DNA of 64,000 nt, taken from Candidatus Bathyarchaeota archaeon. Its GTDB lineage: Archaea; Thermoproteota; Bathyarchaeia; Bathyarchaeales; Bathycorpusculaceae. The stretch lies in contig CAVZPM010000001.1 in the NCBI GenBank assembly GCA_963777155.1, positions 172,481 to 236,480 of the forward strand, given 5' to 3'. The position numbers and the translations under genes were made by a program. The notes beneath the pieces are model-generated. The model did not search any database. It worked only from the letters and a program-made list of their open reading frames with translations, and had not been told where the DNA came from. Of the stretch, positions 60,715 through 64,000 are shown in pieces. Position 1 is the first letter of the stretch. Each line of letters begins with the position of its first letter.

Positions 60715-61521
60715 ATGCAAATACAAAACGTTAGACTCCAAGAAATAGATGCAAAATATCTGCCTTGCGTAATACATGAAGGCAAACTCGTCAAAGTAGA
60801 TGCTGAAGGACTCTACTACAGAGAACTCAACTGCTTACTACGACAACTAATCCGCATCGGCGGAATCGAACGCATAGAACTTCACAATATCTGCGGACAA
60901 CGGTATATCGGCACCGACCTCGATACTGATATCCAAATCGACATCTACGGCACCCCAGGCAACGATTTAGGTGCTTTCATGAGTGGACCCAAACTGGTAG
61001 TTCATGGAAATGCTCAAGACGGTTGTGGCAACACCATGAATGAAGGTCAAATAATAATCAATGGTCACGCCGGCGATGTTACAGGCAACTCGATGCGGGG
61101 CGGCAAAATCTTTGTTCGCGATTACGTTGGTTACCGCGTTGGCATCCACATGAAAGAATACAAAAACAAGGTTCCACAAATTGTTGTTGGGCAAACGGCA
61201 GGCGACTTCTTCGCGGAATACATGGCTGGGGGAGTGATGCTCATATTGGGTTTGAACCTAAAAGAAGGAGAAAAATGCAATGCACGCTTTGTCGGTACAG
61301 GCATGCATGGTGGAGTCATCTATGAACGCGGCGAAATCCTTGAACCCGTTAACGGAACCAAAACCTTGCCAGTGGGCAAGCGTGACATGCGAGTAATCGA
61401 GGGCTTAGTTAACGAGTACTGCAGCCAATTCGGCGCCGACCCCAAAACTATCCTTAACAGCAAATTCAAAAAGATACTGCCCCTTTCAAAGCGACCTTAC
61501 GAGAAACTCTTCTCGCATTAA
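60715..61521 (+). CDS. Glutamate synthase GXGXG-domain subunit (GltB3)
   Basis: GQRYIG, GTPGNDLGAFM, GNAQDGCGNTM, AEYMAGG, GTGMHGG. Confidence 0.9.
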   Translation: MQIQNVRLQEIDAKYLPCVIHEGKLVKVDAEGLYYRELNCLLRQLIRIGGIERIELHNICGQRYIGTDLDTDIQIDIYGTPGNDLGAFMSGPKLVVHGNAQDGCGNTMNEGQIIINGHAGDVTGNSMRGGKIFVRDYVGYRVGIHMKEYKNKVPQIVVGQTAGDFFAEYMAGGVMLILGLNLKEGEKCNARFVGTGMHGGVIYERGEILEPVNGTKTLPVGKRDMRVIEGLVNEYCSQFGADPKTILNSKFKKILPLSKRPYEKLFSH

Positions 61522-61705
61522 ATCTTTTTTCTTTATTTTTTCATCTTTTTGAATCTTGATAACTTTTGGATCCATTGGCGACTTCTTGTTAGATCCTAAG
61601 GGCAAGTCGTATTGGCAATTTTCCAAGCAAAAGAGCAAAGTTTAGTTTTCCGAAAGCTAAAATAAGACCGTGACAAAAGTATAGCCACTTGAGGTTAACT
61701 GACCC

Positions 61706-62962
61706 GTGTCGTCCATCATCGAAGACCTCATTGCTAGGAAAATTTTTAACAACCGCGGAGAAGAAACCATCGAAGTCGATGTAATAACTGCTTCTGGGTT
61801 TGGAAGAGCAGCCGCTCCCGCTGGCAAAAGCCGTGGAAAAGCTGAAGTGGTTTATTACCCGCAGGGTGGTGTGGAAGCGGCCATCAAAAAGGTTGACGAC
61901 TTAATTGCTCCTGAACTTGCAGGATTAAACTCAGATTTCCAGGAGGAAATCGACAGCACTTTACATGAAGTCGATGGAACCACGGATTTTAAGAACATAG
62001 GCGGAAACACTGCCTTTGCAATCAGTCTTGCCAACGCAGAAGCTGCAGCAAACAGTCACAGTCTTCTTCTATTCCAATTTCTAGGCGGAAACGCGGCAAC
62101 CACCATGCCTTATCCTTTGGGCAATTGTATAAGCGGTGGAGCACATGCTCGAGGCGGAAAGACCCCTAGTATCCAGGAATACCTCGCGCTGCCACATGGC
62201 GCCGAGAGTTTTCTTGAAGCCCAAACTGCCAATACTCAGATCCACAAAAAGATTGAAAGTTTACTAAAAAAGAAAAGTACCACTTTCACAGGCGGTAAAA
62301 GTGACGAAGGTGCGTGGATAGCAAACATTGATACAGAAGATGCATTCGAAGTTATCGCAAAAGCCTGTGAAGAAGTTGGTAACGAAATGGATTTTGAATG
62401 TGGGTTCGGTATTGATGTTGCGGCTTCATCATTTTGGAAGCCAAAAGAAGAAAAATATGTTTACGAGATGGAAGGCAAAAAGCGAGACACCTCCGAACAA
62501 CTTGAGTTCATGCTTGAATTAATCGAGAAGTACCATCTTGCTTACGTTGAGGATCCCTTCAACGAGGACGATTTTGAAAGCTTCGCTGAACTTACCCGAA
62601 AAGCCAAAAATTGCATGATTTGCGGAGACGATTTGTTCGCAACTAATACTGAAAGGTTAAATAATGGAATTAAGATTAACGCTGGAAACGCTATCATCAT
62701 AAAAGTCAACCAGATAGGCACCTTAACCGATGCAGCTGAAACAATCGAACTGGCACAACGTAACGGTTATGATGCTGTGGTGTCTCACCGTTCCGGAGAT
62801 ACCTGCGATTGGCATATCGCACATTTGGCTGTCGCCTACAAATGCCCTGTCATCAAAACGGGTGTGGTTGAAGGCGCACGTATTGCCAAACTTAATGAGC
62901 TCATCCGAATAGAGCATTTCCTTGGGAACAGAGCCAAAATGGCTGATCTAAAAATACGCTAA
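61706..62962 (+). CDS. eno: Enolase
   Basis: NNRGEETIEV, GGAHA, DEG, GIDVAAS, EDP, GDDL, IKVNQIGTLT, SHRSGDT, KTG. Confidence 0.93.
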   Translation: MSSIIEDLIARKIFNNRGEETIEVDVITASGFGRAAAPAGKSRGKAEVVYYPQGGVEAAIKKVDDLIAPELAGLNSDFQEEIDSTLHEVDGTTDFKNIGGNTAFAISLANAEAAANSHSLLLFQFLGGNAATTMPYPLGNCISGGAHARGGKTPSIQEYLALPHGAESFLEAQTANTQIHKKIESLLKKKSTTFTGGKSDEGAWIANIDTEDAFEVIAKACEEVGNEMDFECGFGIDVAASSFWKPKEEKYVYEMEGKKRDTSEQLEFMLELIEKYHLAYVEDPFNEDDFESFAELTRKAKNCMICGDDLFATNTERLNNGIKINAGNAIIIKVNQIGTLTDAAETIELAQRNGYDAVVSHRSGDTCDWHIAHLAVAYKCPVIKTGVVEGARIAKLNELIRIEHFLGNRAKMADLKIR

Positions 62963-62978
62963 AGAGAAGATGAATAGA

Positions 62979-63770
62979 ATGTCTGAAGACCAAGTAAAAG
63001 AAAACCAACCGGTTGAAAACGAACCCGTAGAGGAACCTGAAGAAACCGTTGAAGAGGCTCCTCAAGAAGAAGTTGAGTCAACTGAAACCGTTATCGCTGA
63101 GCCTGAAGCTGAAGCGCAAGAAGAAGAGATCCAGGAAGCGCAAGCTCCAGAGGAAACCCTTCTTTTACCCCGAGACACCCTGCTGTCAGCAGGTATCCAT
63201 ATCGGGACTAGGATGAAAACGCTAGATATGGAACCATTCATCTACCGCGTACGCCCCGACGGATTGTTCGTTTTGGACGTTAAGAAAACAGATGATCGCA
63301 TAAGAGTTACAGGAAAATTCCTCTCACGCTACGAACCCGCAAGAGTTGCAATAGCGGCCACAAGGCTCTATGCTCATGAGCCAGTCAAAATGTTCTGCAA
63401 ACTAACAGGCGCAACACCACTCATCGGAAGGTTCATCCCAGGACAACTGAGTAATCCCCAGTATTCAAGCCGAATTGACCCCGAAGTCATACTCGTTTGC
63501 GACCCAAGAGCTGATGCACAAGCGGTCAAAGAAGCATCCAAAGTTGGCATACCAATCGTCGCACTTTGCAGCACCGACAACGAGTTTGCAGGTGTAGATC
63601 TAGTTATCCCGACAAACAACAAAGGTCGTAGAGCCTTAGCAGTCGTCTTCTGGCTCTTAGCAAGACAAGTGCTCCGCGAACGAGGCGAACTTGGTCCAGA
63701 TAAAGATCCGCCAGTCACAATAGAAGACTTCGAAGCTAAAGTGACACGTGAAGAGGAAGAGGAGCCCTAA
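62979..63770 (+). CDS. rps2: 30S ribosomal protein S2 with acidic N-terminal extension
   Basis: AGIHIGT, GRFIPG, DPRADAQA, PTNNKGR. Confidence 0.96.
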   Translation: MSEDQVKENQPVENEPVEEPEETVEEAPQEEVESTETVIAEPEAEAQEEEIQEAQAPEETLLLPRDTLLSAGIHIGTRMKTLDMEPFIYRVRPDGLFVLDVKKTDDRIRVTGKFLSRYEPARVAIAATRLYAHEPVKMFCKLTGATPLIGRFIPGQLSNPQYSSRIDPEVILVCDPRADAQAVKEASKVGIPIVALCSTDNEFAGVDLVIPTNNKGRRALAVVFWLLARQVLRERGELGPDKDPPVTIEDFEAKVTREEEEEP

Positions 63771-63775
63771 GGCTT

Positions 63776-64000
63776 TTGCCGCCGATTCGGCGTCCAACTG
63801 TCGCTTCTCAATTCTATGAGGGCAACGCCGAAGCGCTAAGAGCACAAATCACCTCTTGTTTTCTCCATCCGCTTGGTCCCAAGAAACTTCCCCAAGTTAA
63901 TTTTCACAGTCACCCACGAAGAATTGTGGGTTTGATTTGTCCCCATGCAGGTTACATGTATTCTGGTCCTGTAGCAGCCTCTGCTTTTTACGAGTTAGCT
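63776..64000 (+). CDS. MEMO1 / AmmeMemoRadiSam protein B (runs off the window)
   Basis: Manual translation: MPPIRRPTVASQFYEG..ICPHAGYMYSGPVAA. Confidence 0.9.
   Translation, partial: MPPIRRPTVASQFYEGNAEALRAQITSCFLHPLGPKKLPQVNFHSHPRRIVGLICPHAGYMYSGPVAASAFYELA

Noticed and set aside
54877-61700. Island integrated at tRNA-Glu carrying the glutamate synthase operon
   Set aside because: No duplicated tRNA 3' end after gltB3 and no integrase
243-63845. Many short antisense or alternate-frame ORFs in the track
   Set aside because: They shadow well-supported genes and show no recognisable motifs

Overview
Archaeal chromosomal segment, most likely Bathyarchaeia/TACK (inferred from gene content and protein style; no database check possible). 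It is mostly core genes: hflX/mbf1, NAC, ThrRS, ProRS, GluRS, the proteasome-exosome cluster, the S13-S4-S11-RpoD-L18e-L13-S9-RpoN cluster, the lower archaeal (Aeropyrum-type) mevalonate pathway, SRP19/S8e, smc-scpA-scpB, thermosome, tRNA-Glu(CTC), a split glutamate synthase operon and eno-rps2-MEMO1. The main accessory block is an AT-rich tandem array (5.0-11.0 kb) of seven membrane-anchored surface proteins, five with an Ig-like domain, carrying shared 'ANP' signal-peptide ends and PEF/EPFP-type C-terminal sorting signals. The array is punctuated by a recurring palindromic DNA module and capped by a RelE/RHH toxin-antitoxin pair. Other notable items: a fluoride riboswitch ahead of fluc-DUF190, a divergent eL22-like protein, and a wHTH-pilin-coiled coil-roadblock/DPBB-roadblock locus. 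About a dozen single-base frameshifts, nearly all +1 insertions and several in essential genes, point to consensus sequencing errors, so split ORFs are reported here as joined genes.
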